Sequence record: MN871440.1
DNA: 64,000 nucleotides
Strand: one strand, 5' to 3'
The notes under the pieces: model-generated
The model's database searches: none
Seen by the model: the letters and a program-made list of their open reading frames with translations, nothing else
What the model was told of the DNA's origin: nothing
Shown: positions 27,850 through 37,789 of the stretch, piece after piece
Numbering within the stretch: position 1 is the stretch's first letter
Layout of the letters: each line of letters opens with the position of its first letter
Translations under genes and position numbers: made by a program

Positions 27850-28056
27850 ATGAAAGCGTTGACAATTATTTTTGCATTTGCTATTGACTTTGCTCTGGTG
27901 AATGCTATGATTGGTATCAGTTATTATAAACAGCTCGATTATGAAACTTGTTTCTTTCTCGGGTATGGCATGATCTTCTATGGACTTGTTTGTTACATAG
28001 GGATTCAAGATACGTTCGGTACGCATTTGATGAAGTACCACAAGATAATGAGGTAA
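27850..28056 (+). CDS. small membrane protein
   Basis: two hydrophobic helices; TTGACT..TAAAAT promoter upstream. Confidence 0.65.
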   Translation: MKALTIIFAFAIDFALVNAMIGISYYKQLDYETCFFLGYGMIFYGLVCYIGIQDTFGTHLMKYHKIMR

Positions 28057-28631
28057 TGAAAATGAATTTTGACGCTAAAATTGTACTCAGCTCTATCCCG
28101 AAAGTCGGTTATCGTGCTACCGGTAAAATCTACGCTGATAAAGCTGGTCGTTTTTCCAATGGTACCGATGTCATGACATCTACCGTTCAAGAAATCGGCG
28201 ATATGTGGTTTCGCACACGTAATACCGTTTATGAGATCATCGCTCCGATTGAGAAGCAAATGACCACACATGAATTCGCGCAAATGCTGCTGAAATACCC
28301 AGATGTTCCGGTTTATACCTGTGAGTATGATGGCGACATCGAAAGCGAGGATTACGAAATGGTTCTGAGTCCAGCAATCGGCGTTGATTATGGTGTTGTT
28401 AAAGGAACAGCGGTAATCTGCGTTGGTGAAGAACGAATCGGTTTCGAAGAACTGGTAGAAAAGCTTCATGCCGAACGAGAAGAAAAAGCACTCGTTGAGC
28501 TGATCAAGATGTCACGCGATGATGTCGAGAATGGTCGCGTTATGGGTGTTCAACAGGCACTAGGACGTCTAGGTCGAGATCGTAAGCCAGTCGAAATTAT
28601 CGAGATCTCGTGCAATGAACGACACGGCTAA
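28056..28631 (+). CDS. hypothetical protein
   Basis: GAGG RBS; GRFSNGTDVMTSTV..TRNTVY phage motif. Confidence 0.7.
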   Translation: MKMNFDAKIVLSSIPKVGYRATGKIYADKAGRFSNGTDVMTSTVQEIGDMWFRTRNTVYEIIAPIEKQMTTHEFAQMLLKYPDVPVYTCEYDGDIESEDYEMVLSPAIGVDYGVVKGTAVICVGEERIGFEELVEKLHAEREEKALVELIKMSRDDVENGRVMGVQQALGRLGRDRKPVEIIEISCNERHG

Positions 28632-28781
28632 GTTAGCTAGACTGATGAAAGATCTTGAACGTCATGCCAGACGACGCCAGAGACGTTCTGGCGTGATTCA
28701 ACCGCAAATGAGTATGGATGCATTAATAACACTTCTGAATCAAGCCAAGACGCGGACCAAGCTGTTATACAGTGAGTTAAC

Positions 28782-29246
28782 ATGCTAGACATTCATATCA
28801 GCTCGCCATATCCTGGCAATGCGTTGTCGAATCTTGCTCATAACTCGTTTGTGTTTGATGATGTTCAATGTGGTGGAATTGAGGGGCTGTTGCAGTCTCT
28901 CAAGTTTCAAGAACTGGACAAACAGATTCGAGTTGCGGCTATGAGTGGCACTGCTGCTAAGTTTCGTGGTGCTAAAAAGAAATGGTACAACGATCAAACG
29001 CTATACTGGAAAGGTGTTCCGTTTAGTCGTCACTCAGAAGCTTACCAGAATTTGCTTGATAACGCTTATGATGAAATGTTCGTGCAGAACGAAAGTTTCA
29101 GAAAAGCGTTGACAGAATCCAAAAACGCTGTATTATCTCACTCTATCGGGCACACTGACCCATTTCGAACAATCTTAACTGTAGAGGAATTTTTATGTCG
29201 TCTGAACCGATTAAGGTCGCTATTATTGGTGGCGGTGAACGGATAG
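28782..29246 (+). CDS. NADAR-family protein (T4 30.3-like)
   Basis: YPGNALSNLA, GIEGLLQSLKF, QTLYWKG, YQNLLDNAY, SFRKAL, TILTVEEF. Confidence 0.85.
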   Translation: MLDIHISSPYPGNALSNLAHNSFVFDDVQCGGIEGLLQSLKFQELDKQIRVAAMSGTAAKFRGAKKKWYNDQTLYWKGVPFSRHSEAYQNLLDNAYDEMFVQNESFRKALTESKNAVLSHSIGHTDPFRTILTVEEFLCRLNRLRSLLLVAVNG

Positions 29247-29524
29247 GAATGCGAGCCGAGTTGGTTCGTATCCTCGAAGAAAACGAAGATCTGAGAGTTG
29301 CTTTTGTTAATCTTGAAATCAGTGAGGATGAAATTCTGGATCGAGTTGGCGAAATTCGACTTGCCGAGGAAGACAAAGTGATCGTGATTTCACAATCGCT
29401 TGCAAATCTGGACCGTCTGATGTATGAGCCAGCTCGGGAATTCAGTTGCAAACTTGTTCCAGAAGTTCCGTTCTGGGCAATGCACGGTAACAAGCGGAGC
29501 GTTTACAAATGTCACAAAAGATAG
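29195..29524 (+). CDS. hypothetical protein
   Basis: GAGG RBS. Confidence 0.6.
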   Translation: MSSEPIKVAIIGGGERIGMRAELVRILEENEDLRVAFVNLEISEDEILDRVGEIRLAEEDKVIVISQSLANLDRLMYEPAREFSCKLVPEVPFWAMHGNKRSVYKCHKR

Positions 29525-29763
29525 AGTCTCACTTTCGCGTAAATGGAAACTGGGTTAGTTCGTTTGAATACTACTCATTTCATACCGGTAAACATGAGTG
29601 CGGAGAAACCGCGCTCTATATGACTGATTACATTATCGTCACTTATTTCACTTTACAATCAACAATGGTAGTTACTTATGACAGACAAGGCAATCCCATT
29701 TCAAACTCAACCACCGGTCAAGATGTCAGGTTCCTTAAACCTCGACACGATCTTGCAATCTAA
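29509..29763 (+). CDS. hypothetical protein
   Basis: GGAG RBS, coupled. Confidence 0.5.
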   Translation: MSQKIESHFRVNGNWVSSFEYYSFHTGKHECGETALYMTDYIIVTYFTLQSTMVVTYDRQGNPISNSTTGQDVRFLKPRHDLAI

Positions 29764-30388
29764 GAAAAAGATCATCGTTACCGACGTTGATGGCGTGTTG
29801 CTGTCTTGGGCGTCTAATCTGCCGTTCTTTTGCGCAGAATACAATATCCCGACTGATGTCGTTATTGACTTGATTATCGATGAACGATTCCGCAAAGCAG
29901 GCGAGATCTTCCAATGCAATCAAGAGCATGGCGAAAATCTGATTCGGATGTATAACAACTCCAAATGGTTCCGTGGTCTTAAAGCTTATGACGATGCTCT
30001 GTTGTGGATCAATCGTCTGAAAAAGGATTATGATTTCGTCGCTACCACTGCGATTGGTGCTGATTTTCAGGTTAGCGTGAATCGTATGTCAAATCTCAAC
30101 GTGTTGTTCCCTAATGCGTTTAAAGAGATCTTGACTTGTGATCATCACGAATCGAAAAGCAAGATGTTTCGTCATGTAAAAGAGAAATATGGCGAGGAAA
30201 ACGTTGTCGGCTATGTGGACGATCTGCATCATCATCTGGAATCGTTTCATCGAGTGTTTCACTCCGACAAGCTGAAATTTCATATCTTGCGTGGCTCAAA
30301 CAAAAAGCTTGACGCGCCTATGAGAAACAAGCATAATGTTGGTAGTTGGGAACAAATCGCCAACGCCATCTATAACTCTGAGGCTTAA
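29723..30388 (+). CDS. HAD-family phosphatase/nucleotidase (T4 30.2-like)
   Basis: IVTDVDGVLLSW..YVDD..H; start uncertain. Confidence 0.88.
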   Translation: MSGSLNLDTILQSKKKIIVTDVDGVLLSWASNLPFFCAEYNIPTDVVIDLIIDERFRKAGEIFQCNQEHGENLIRMYNNSKWFRGLKAYDDALLWINRLKKDYDFVATTAIGADFQVSVNRMSNLNVLFPNAFKEILTCDHHESKSKMFRHVKEKYGEENVVGYVDDLHHHLESFHRVFHSDKLKFHILRGSNKKLDAPMRNKHNVGSWEQIANAIYNSEA

Positions 30389-30391
30389 ATC

Positions 30392-30700
30392 ATGAAAGAT
30401 ATGTTTGGTAGTCAATTTGGTCGCGGGTCTGTTGTTCTTTGTGGCAACAAGATTGGTCTGGTTGTTTCTATTGCTAATGACAAATGTCGCGTTGTTCCGT
30501 TCATGAAGAACGAGCACGGACACGTTGTTGTTATGGACATGTTGTCCAACGGCATGGAGCACGGCAGCGACGACGTTTTTGTGACTACCAACTATATTCT
30601 TTATAAATCGAATGACGACTCTTGTCGTTTGGTTAATACGCTGACGAAAGAAATCAAGAATATTAATATCAAAGAGGAATACATCAAATGCCTAGTGTGA
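30392..30700 (+). CDS. hypothetical SH3-like protein
   Basis: KDMFGSQFGRGSVV..IGLVV. Confidence 0.65.
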   Translation: MKDMFGSQFGRGSVVLCGNKIGLVVSIANDKCRVVPFMKNEHGHVVVMDMLSNGMEHGSDDVFVTTNYILYKSNDDSCRLVNTLTKEIKNINIKEEYIKCLV

Positions 30701-31083
30701 TGAAAGTGGAAAATGGTCGTCGTGTTTGTGCGTTCGGGAGTCATACCGATATTTTCGGCAACGAAATGAAAACCGGAGATCTGGTTGTCCATAGTGACAA
30801 CGGATTCGGTATTGTCGTTAAAGTGTGTGACGTATCGGTTCGGGTGTTCGAAATTCCAAACATCGAACTCGATAAAGAATATGAAGTTCAATTTGTGAAA
30901 GAAGCACCTCGCTGGAAAATGCCGGCTTGGAGTGACTCTAAGGTTGTCAAGTGTATGAATTGCACTCGTCGTATTGTTGAGACTCTTCCAAATCAGGACT
31001 TTGTTGTCGAATATACTCTACAAGACGGCATGAAGTTTTATGCCAAGATGAACTGGCAGTATAAGGAAAAAGATTTTCAATGA
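30688..31083 (+). CDS. hypothetical SH3-like protein
   Basis: TDIFGNEMKTGDLVV..FGIVV. Confidence 0.65.
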   Translation: MPSVMKVENGRRVCAFGSHTDIFGNEMKTGDLVVHSDNGFGIVVKVCDVSVRVFEIPNIELDKEYEVQFVKEAPRWKMPAWSDSKVVKCMNCTRRIVETLPNQDFVVEYTLQDGMKFYAKMNWQYKEKDFQ

Positions 31084-31478
31084 AAAAGTGTTATGTCTTT
31101 ATCAATCGCTACTTAGGCGATAAGCAAGCTGGTATTCAAGCGGCACACGCTATCACGCGAATGATGATCAAACCCGAGTTTGATGTTGTTATGTGGGCAA
31201 GAGATCATGAGACTCTTGTTTTGCTTGACGGCGGTGATCATGATGATCTAAAATCTCTCGTTATCAAGTATGGCATGTTCGGTAACGGTATGCGTAGCTT
31301 TAGCGAGCCGGGATTGAATCACGCTCTGACCGCTGTCGCTACTGTGCCGACTGCTAAGATGGAAGAGACGATTGATCAGTTCAAAGCCGCAATCAAAAAC
31401 GGTCAGATTGTTTATCCGGAAGGTGATCTGGAAATCATCTGTCATAAAATTGCAACCGCTCGAAGTTTTAGGAGTTAA
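31080..31478 (+). CDS. peptidyl-tRNA hydrolase II-like protein
   Basis: GIQAAHA, ETLVLLDGG, FSEPGLNHALTAV. Confidence 0.75.
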   Translation: MKKCYVFINRYLGDKQAGIQAAHAITRMMIKPEFDVVMWARDHETLVLLDGGDHDDLKSLVIKYGMFGNGMRSFSEPGLNHALTAVATVPTAKMEETIDQFKAAIKNGQIVYPEGDLEIICHKIATARSFRS

Positions 31479-31480
31479 AA

Positions 31481-31849
31481 ATGGGACTGATGGATGTGTT
31501 TCGCAACAAAGCGAGAATGTTTGCCAAAAACAGCGTGAATATTACTGTGAACGGAAAAGTTCTGAACGGTAAAAACGTTGACATCGTTGGTGGTCGCGTT
31601 ATGGTAGATGGTCAAGAGGTCGAAAACAGCTCTAAGCTGGTGATTCAGATTGTCGGTGATGTTGACAAACTGGAAGTCGGTGCTGGTGATGTTGAGATTA
31701 CCGGCAATGCTGTTAATGTCGAGATCGATGCTGGCGACGTTGTGATCAAAGGTGATGTCGGTCGTCTCACTGTAGAATGTGGTGACGTTCGAGTTGGTGG
31801 CAAAAGCGGCAAATCTAATGTCGTTTGTGGCGATCTGATTGTTCATTGA
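31481..31849 (+). CDS. beta-solenoid (DUF4097/polymer-forming-like) protein
   Basis: repeated GDV..V..GDV..I.G units. Confidence 0.75.
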   Translation: MGLMDVFRNKARMFAKNSVNITVNGKVLNGKNVDIVGGRVMVDGQEVENSSKLVIQIVGDVDKLEVGAGDVEITGNAVNVEIDAGDVVIKGDVGRLTVECGDVRVGGKSGKSNVVCGDLIVH

Positions 31850-31901
31850 CAACGAGTGAGACACTATGATACTATGGTGTCTCATTCAATAGAGGTATAA
31901 A

Positions 31902-33389
31902 ATGCTAACTGTATTTGATATTCTGAAAGCTATTGCTGCGGAAGATTCTACTAATCGCAAACAAGAACTTGTGGAATTTCACAAAGATGTTCCCGGTCTA
32001 AAAATGTGCTTTTACTTTGCTTACAACAAGCAAGTAAACTTTGGCATCAACAAAAAGACTTTCCCGGTAGTTGTCGATTTCAAAAATGCAACCGACTTGT
32101 GTGCGACTTTAGCGTTTATGAATACGCATCTGGTAACTCGCGCTCTGACTGGTACCGCTGCAATCACAGAACTGGCTAAAGCACTGTCTATGGGTACGGC
32201 TCACGATTACGAAGTCATTCGTCGCGTGATGTTTCGAGATCTGGAGATCGGCATTGGTGCGACAATCGCCAACAAAGTATGGGACAACCTGTGTCCAAAA
32301 CAGCCGCAAATGCTGGCACAACCAGAGTGTGCCGATCTGGCTAACGCTATTATCAAGCGTGGTCATGCATATGCCGAACTGAAAGCCGATGGCGCTCGTT
32401 GCTTTACTGATATTGACGCCGAGACTGATACCATTTCCATGAACTCGCGCAATGGCAACGAGTATATGAGTCTGGATAAGCTGAAAGAAGCTATTCGTCA
32501 ATCTGGTATGCAAAACTGGGTTATTGATGGCGAATTGGTTTATCGCAAGCGTAAGCAAGCAACCGGATTGTCTGCTCTGCTGGACGAAGATGACGAATTC
32601 GAAAAATCAGAAGATGTATCAGACCGCGAAGAAGGTAACGGAATCGTTGGCAAGAGCTTGAAAAACTCTATCAGCGAAGATGAAGCTGATTGTGTTGTCT
32701 ATCAGGTATGGGACATCATTCCGCGTGACGTTTATTATGGACTTCGTGATTGTCCAAATGACTTCCGTTTTGAAGCTCGTCGTAAGATGCTGGAAACGTT
32801 TGTGGCGCGTTGTAATAGTTTCCGAGTGGAGATCATCGAACAGACCCCGGTAACGTCTCTGGTAGAGGCTAAAGAGGTTTACCAGCGTTATCGCGATATG
32901 GGGTACGAAGGTATTATTCTGAAGTGTGGTCTGAACCTCTGGAAGAACACTCGAAGCAAAGATCAGGTGAAATTCAAAGAGAAGGTTCGGGTTGATGTTC
33001 GCGTTGTTGCCGTATACGAGCACGAAAAAGATCCAAATAAAGTTGGTGGTTTTACTATTGAAACCGCTGATGGAAAAGTTCGCTGTAACTGCGGTTCTGG
33101 TTTTACAGATACAACTCAGATCAAAGACAAAAAGACTAAGCTGTGGATTCCGATTCCGATTGACAAACGCGATGAACTTGATCGTGAATATCTGATGTCT
33201 ATCAAAGATCAGTTGATTGGTACAATCTGGGAAATCGAGTGTAACGGTTTGACCAGAGACAAAAAGAAAAAGAACAAAGAGGTTTGTTTCTTCTTGCCGA
33301 TCATCAAACTTCGTCGCATCGACAAAGACGAAGCGAATAATGTCGAACACGCATTCGATGAAAAGACAATCAAGAAGTTTTTCGGATAA
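31902..33389 (+). CDS. 30: ATP-dependent DNA ligase
   Basis: QPQMLA, ELKADGAR, IDGEL, EGIILK, KFKE, FFLPI. Confidence 0.97.
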   Translation: MLTVFDILKAIAAEDSTNRKQELVEFHKDVPGLKMCFYFAYNKQVNFGINKKTFPVVVDFKNATDLCATLAFMNTHLVTRALTGTAAITELAKALSMGTAHDYEVIRRVMFRDLEIGIGATIANKVWDNLCPKQPQMLAQPECADLANAIIKRGHAYAELKADGARCFTDIDAETDTISMNSRNGNEYMSLDKLKEAIRQSGMQNWVIDGELVYRKRKQATGLSALLDEDDEFEKSEDVSDREEGNGIVGKSLKNSISEDEADCVVYQVWDIIPRDVYYGLRDCPNDFRFEARRKMLETFVARCNSFRVEIIEQTPVTSLVEAKEVYQRYRDMGYEGIILKCGLNLWKNTRSKDQVKFKEKVRVDVRVVAVYEHEKDPNKVGGFTIETADGKVRCNCGSGFTDTTQIKDKKTKLWIPIPIDKRDELDREYLMSIKDQLIGTIWEIECNGLTRDKKKKNKEVCFFLPIIKLRRIDKDEANNVEHAFDEKTIKKFFG

Positions 33390-33415
33390 AAAAAGGGAGC
33401 CTAAGCTCCCTTTTT
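33388..33415. terminator. bidirectional terminator between gene 30 and alt
   Basis: AAAAAAAGGGAGC-CTAA-GCTCCCTTTTT between convergent genes. Confidence 0.88.
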
Positions 33416-33419
33416 GTTT

Positions 33420-35381
33420 TTAAAACAGATTCGAACTAAACTTAGCTGCCATGCGCTCGATCTCCGCTCTCTCCTTTGCGGTGAGATTTTTCTTGGAGTT
33501 TAGAGCATTTACGCCAACCAACATATTAGCCGCGATGTCCATTTTTCTATCGCCAGTCTTTGCTTTCTTTTTAGCTTCTTCGATGACATCGATTTGATCG
33601 ATGAAATCTCGGAATTCAACAAGACGACCTGTGTTCATAAACTCGTCGCCATCATAAACGACTTCGTTAACAGAAATCTCCGAATTTGGAACAATAGTAC
33701 AATCCATGATAACATTGGATACTTTGTTGAAAGTCGGGGTCGCGACGCCGTTACCCGCTGCAAGTTTCTCGATGCGAATTGTGGTGCCACGAGGCAGAAT
33801 AACTTCACATTCTCTCGGATACGGGCTATAAGTTCCTGGGATAATAACCGGGATTTTGTCAAGTCCTTTAATCACGAATGCGATACTAGCTTGTGGATCT
33901 ACTGGGAAAGAACCATCCAGTTTGTCAAGCTTGGTTGACTTAGCAAGAACATAACCGATCTTGTCTTTCTCGTTTCCGCCGAATGTGAAACCAACACGAG
34001 GGTTCATCGAGGTACTAACGAAAGTTCTAAAGTGGAACAGCTTGCTAATCGCAATCCCGTAAGTATCAACGTCATTCATGCGCGAACCACGATACACTGT
34101 CAGATTAGGGCTAACTCTAACGCTAGACGTCTTGAATGCCTCGTCCAGTGCCAGAACGTGTTGTTCTTGTTCTGGGTTGTCGTTGTTTCCAACCAACATC
34201 AAGTTCATAGCAGAATAGCCAGAACCACAATAACGAGAGATTGCTGCCACATCTTTCTTATCGATCTCGGGGCGATAGTCCTCGTATGCGTTGCTGATCT
34301 GTATGTCCATTTGTTCGATCAAACAGTTAGCAAACAACGATGCCATAACGCGACTCGCTTGTCGATCATCGCCGGTTGCATCAACGATCATTTCCTTGAC
34401 CTGTGCAAACTTCTCGGTTTGCTCAACAAAATCTTTCATTGTTGGTTTCAGTCTCAGAATCTCAATTGCAATGGCTTTTGACTCTTCGCCATCTGCGATT
34501 GAAAATTGCTGAATAGCAACTGACAAGTTCAAAATATTACTGGCGGTGTGTTCCATTGTAGGATTATCACTTTTTAGATAAACGCTATCATCTTCTAGTT
34601 GACCATACTGAAAAATGTCTTTAAACTTAAACTCTGGTCTAGTTTCGGGATCAACATCACGACTAACGGGAGGATTATTCTTGATGAATTCTCTTGCGTA
34701 CTCAGATGTTGCTGTTCCGCCGACAACGGTGTTTAGTTTGATCAGAGTTGGCATTGCTTTCTTGATTTTTGGTTCGATATCGGCTACAATCTTCTTAATG
34801 ACTTCTGGCTTATCGCTCAGATCATTTAGATGCAGATTCTTAACGTCTTCGTCTTTGATGCCAAAAACATCAGATACGACTGGGGATTTTCCCTTGCGAG
34901 CCAAGAAAACGTAGTTGGTGCCTTTATCTCCGACGTTGATTGTGCCATACTGAACAAATGGAACCCCGTTTTTCTTCAAGAAACGGTCGATCAGACTGAT
35001 TACCGAAGTCGGTGTTCCCATAGAAGCAGGCAAACGAATCATAACGACATCATTTAGCTTGTTATCCTTGGTTTCGTTTGATATAATCTCTGCAACGGTC
35101 GCGATGACGTTTAGTGGCTTTGGAATAGTCTTGATGACTTTCGAAACCTTTCCGTCGTCAAAAATCTCAATTAAATTGAAAATTGAGGGTTGACTTGAAC
35201 GCTTATAAGCTGCTACACTTGTGGCAGCTGATGTAACACGAAGTGACGCCGCTTTAACTGCGATAGTACGACCATCAACTGGGATGTACCAAGCGTCGTC
35301 GGATTTGGAATATTTGGTGGTTTTTACACCAAAGAAATCCAGTATAGTTGCTTCACTCAGAAGCATATCTTTAATGCTCAT
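33420..35381 (-). CDS. alt: Alt-like NAD:protein ADP-ribosyltransferase
   Basis: RYCGSGYSAMN, VYRG, FVSTSMNP, RECEVILPRG (R-S-E triad); late promoter upstream. Confidence 0.88.
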   Translation of the reverse strand: MSIKDMLLSEATILDFFGVKTTKYSKSDDAWYIPVDGRTIAVKAASLRVTSAATSVAAYKRSSQPSIFNLIEIFDDGKVSKVIKTIPKPLNVIATVAEIISNETKDNKLNDVVMIRLPASMGTPTSVISLIDRFLKKNGVPFVQYGTINVGDKGTNYVFLARKGKSPVVSDVFGIKDEDVKNLHLNDLSDKPEVIKKIVADIEPKIKKAMPTLIKLNTVVGGTATSEYAREFIKNNPPVSRDVDPETRPEFKFKDIFQYGQLEDDSVYLKSDNPTMEHTASNILNLSVAIQQFSIADGEESKAIAIEILRLKPTMKDFVEQTEKFAQVKEMIVDATGDDRQASRVMASLFANCLIEQMDIQISNAYEDYRPEIDKKDVAAISRYCGSGYSAMNLMLVGNNDNPEQEQHVLALDEAFKTSSVRVSPNLTVYRGSRMNDVDTYGIAISKLFHFRTFVSTSMNPRVGFTFGGNEKDKIGYVLAKSTKLDKLDGSFPVDPQASIAFVIKGLDKIPVIIPGTYSPYPRECEVILPRGTTIRIEKLAAGNGVATPTFNKVSNVIMDCTIVPNSEISVNEVVYDGDEFMNTGRLVEFRDFIDQIDVIEEAKKKAKTGDRKMDIAANMLVGVNALNSKKNLTAKERAEIERMAAKFSSNLF

Positions 35382-35406
35382 TGAAAATCTCCGTTATTGT
35401 TTATAC

Positions 35407-35413
35407 TATTTAG
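35407..35413 (-). promoter_or_regulatory. late promoter CTAAATA for alt
   Basis: TATTTAG upstream of alt start. Confidence 0.75.
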
Positions 35414-35424
35414 AGGAACTGATT

Positions 35425-35742
35425 ATGGAACTGATGTTTATCTACAATCTTCGTCGTCAACTCGAAAATACCAAGGTAGAAGATGTTGGCAGCTTTCCGA
35501 TTATCGTGTCTGTGACCGAAGAAGAAGCGGAAGATGGTATGATGCAACTGAATACTATCATCGATGGTATGAAAGATGCTTTAGAAGCTGTGCATGGTAA
35601 GAAACTTCTCGGGATCGATGAAGTGTGGGTAACACACATCGAGAACGATTTCAACCCATACACATTTGATATCAACGGCAAAACGTATTTTTGTGTTCAA
35701 AACATGAAAGAGGATGCGTTTGAAAAATTCACACAGGAGTAA
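35425..35742 (+). CDS. hypothetical acidic protein
   Basis: GAGGA RBS, ATG 35425. Confidence 0.7.
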   Translation: MELMFIYNLRRQLENTKVEDVGSFPIIVSVTEEEAEDGMMQLNTIIDGMKDALEAVHGKKLLGIDEVWVTHIENDFNPYTFDINGKTYFCVQNMKEDAFEKFTQE

Positions 35743-35744
35743 AC

Positions 35745-37106
35745 ATGAGCGAGGCTGAAAGCCTATTAGCTAAGATCGTTCTTACCGACTGTCAGAAAAA
35801 CGCAATTGGTATGGTGTTGTCTGATAAATCACACATCACCATTTCCGGTCCTGCTGGTAGCGGTAAGTCATTCTTGACAAAGATCTTGATCAAGAAACTG
35901 CTTGAACTGAATAACGGTAGTGTCGTTGCTTGTGCGCCAACACACCAAGCAAAGATTGTGCTTAGTAAAATGAGCGGAATGACTGCTGCAACAATTCATA
36001 GTATCTTGAAAATTCACCCGGATACATATGAAGATGTTCGAGAATTCAAGCAATCAAAAAGCGATAAAGCAAAAGAAGATCTCAAAGAGGTTCGTTATCT
36101 GCTTGTTGACGAAGGTAGTATGGTCGATAACGATCTCTTTGAGATTCTGTTAAAATCCGTGCATCCTTATTGTCAGATCATCGCGATTGGTGATAAGCAT
36201 CAAATTCAACCGGTTCGTCATGCGCCCGGTGAGATTAGCCCGTTCTTTACCGACAAGCGTTTCCGTCTTGCTGAGTTGAAAACTATCGTTCGTCAACAAG
36301 CAGGTAACCCGATCATTCAGGTTGCTACCAAAATCCGAAATGGCGGTTGGTTCGAAACGAACTGGGACAAAGAATCTGGTACCGGTGTTCTTGATGTCAA
36401 GAGCGTGGCAAATCTTATGAAGATTTATCTTTCTAAGGTAAAAACGCCGGATGACTTGCTAAACTATCGTATGTTAGCTTATACTAATGACGTAGTGAAT
36501 CGCTTCAACAAAGCTATTCGAAAGCAGGTTTACAACACCACCGAGCCGTTCGTTGACAACGAATATCTGGTGATGCAAGAACCAGTTATGAAAGAATCTG
36601 AAATTGGTGGCGAAACCTTCACCGAAACCTTGCTAAACAACGGTGAAACTGTTAAGATCAAAGAAGGTTCAATCAAGCGTCAGATGAAATACATCAGTCT
36701 GCCGTATGTTGACCCGATTCAAATCGAGATAGCAACAATGACGGTTATCCGCAACGAAGTCGATTTGACTGAAATTGACGGTGATCTGGAAGTCGAGCTG
36801 TCTGTGGTCTGGGATGCTGATGGTCAAGTTCAACTTGATGAAGCTTTGTCATATGCTGCTAGTCAGTACAAACAAATGGGAAGTGGTAAAGCTACATCGC
36901 GTTTGTGGGAAAGTTTCTGGCAAGTAAAGGGGATGTTTACTAATACCAAGAGTCTTGGTGCCTCTACTTTCCATAAGAGTCAGGGAACGACTGTTATCGG
37001 TGTATGTGTTTATACCGGTGATATGAACTTTGCTCAGTTCGAAATTCAAACGCAACTAGGCTATGTCGGTTGCACACGCGCTCAGAAATGGGTAATGTAT
37101 TGCTAA
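35745..37106 (+). CDS. dda: SF1B DNA helicase
   Basis: GPAGSGKS, CAPTHQA, VDEGSM, IGDKHQIQPV, IVRQ, TFHKSQGTT, YVGCTRA. Confidence 0.95.
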   Translation: MSEAESLLAKIVLTDCQKNAIGMVLSDKSHITISGPAGSGKSFLTKILIKKLLELNNGSVVACAPTHQAKIVLSKMSGMTAATIHSILKIHPDTYEDVREFKQSKSDKAKEDLKEVRYLLVDEGSMVDNDLFEILLKSVHPYCQIIAIGDKHQIQPVRHAPGEISPFFTDKRFRLAELKTIVRQQAGNPIIQVATKIRNGGWFETNWDKESGTGVLDVKSVANLMKIYLSKVKTPDDLLNYRMLAYTNDVVNRFNKAIRKQVYNTTEPFVDNEYLVMQEPVMKESEIGGETFTETLLNNGETVKIKEGSIKRQMKYISLPYVDPIQIEIATMTVIRNEVDLTEIDGDLEVELSVVWDADGQVQLDEALSYAASQYKQMGSGKATSRLWESFWQVKGMFTNTKSLGASTFHKSQGTTVIGVCVYTGDMNFAQFEIQTQLGYVGCTRAQKWVMYC

Positions 37107-37135
37107 GGGGCTTCGGCCCCAATAAGGAAAATAAA

Positions 37136-37618
37136 ATGTCTCTGCTAGAACAACTGAAACAAGATCAAATCGCACTGCGGAAATCTACCGAACGTAGTAC
37201 CGAAGTCGGTAAACTGAAAATCAACGCGCTGACTACTCTTATTGGTGAAGCGTCTCCTGCTGGTAATGCAACTGTTACCGATGAACAGGTACAAGCTGTT
37301 ATTCGTAAGTTCGTGAAGAACTTGGACGAAGCAATCGCAGAACTGCATAAGCGCACCAAGCAAATTTCAAACGATCTGACCAATCAGGAAGTAATGGATA
37401 TTCTGAAACAGGACATCCGTTATACCAATGCGTTGATCGAACGTGAGCTTTATACCGCGTATCTGCCGCAAGTGTTTGACTCTGCCGACATTCGTGCTAT
37501 CATTGTAAATATGAGTGGTGCCAACATCGGTCAAGTTATGGGAGCTTGTAAGAAAGCTGCTCAAGAACAAGGCAAGATGTTTGATGGCGCTCTTGTTCGC
37601 AAAGAAATGGGAGTTTAA
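37136..37618 (+). CDS. GatB/YqeY domain protein
   Basis: LKQDQIALRK..TDEQVQAVIRK..YLPQ..IGQVMG..DGALV. Confidence 0.85.
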   Translation: MSLLEQLKQDQIALRKSTERSTEVGKLKINALTTLIGEASPAGNATVTDEQVQAVIRKFVKNLDEAIAELHKRTKQISNDLTNQEVMDILKQDIRYTNALIERELYTAYLPQVFDSADIRAIIVNMSGANIGQVMGACKKAAQEQGKMFDGALVRKEMGV

Positions 37619-37789
37619 ATGGAAAAGTGTGCGGTTTGTAAACAGCCGATCGGCCCTAATGATCGATATGTTAGAGTAGGCGGGAAATTGGTACATCAAG
37701 GTCAATGCGCTAGTTATTTGCAAGAATCCGAGTCCCGTGTTTCCGAGAGTACCGATAGCTTTGATCTGGATGAGGTCGAACTTCTGTGA
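37619..37789 (+). CDS. UvsY.-2-like small Zn-binding protein (56 aa)
   Basis: MEKCAVCKQPI..VHQGQC..ESTDSFDLDEVELL; directly before uvsY. Confidence 0.8.
   Translation: MEKCAVCKQPIGPNDRYVRVGGKLVHQGQCASYLQESESRVSESTDSFDLDEVELL

Noticed and set aside
28645-28788. Possible 47-aa ORF and ACGCCAGA/TCTGGCGT hairpin before the NADAR gene
   Set aside because: No clear RBS or motif; insufficient support to call.
37107-37120. GGGGC-TTCG-GCCCC hairpin after dda
   Set aside because: No U-tract; more likely a cUUCGg stability hairpin than a terminator, common in T4-like phages.
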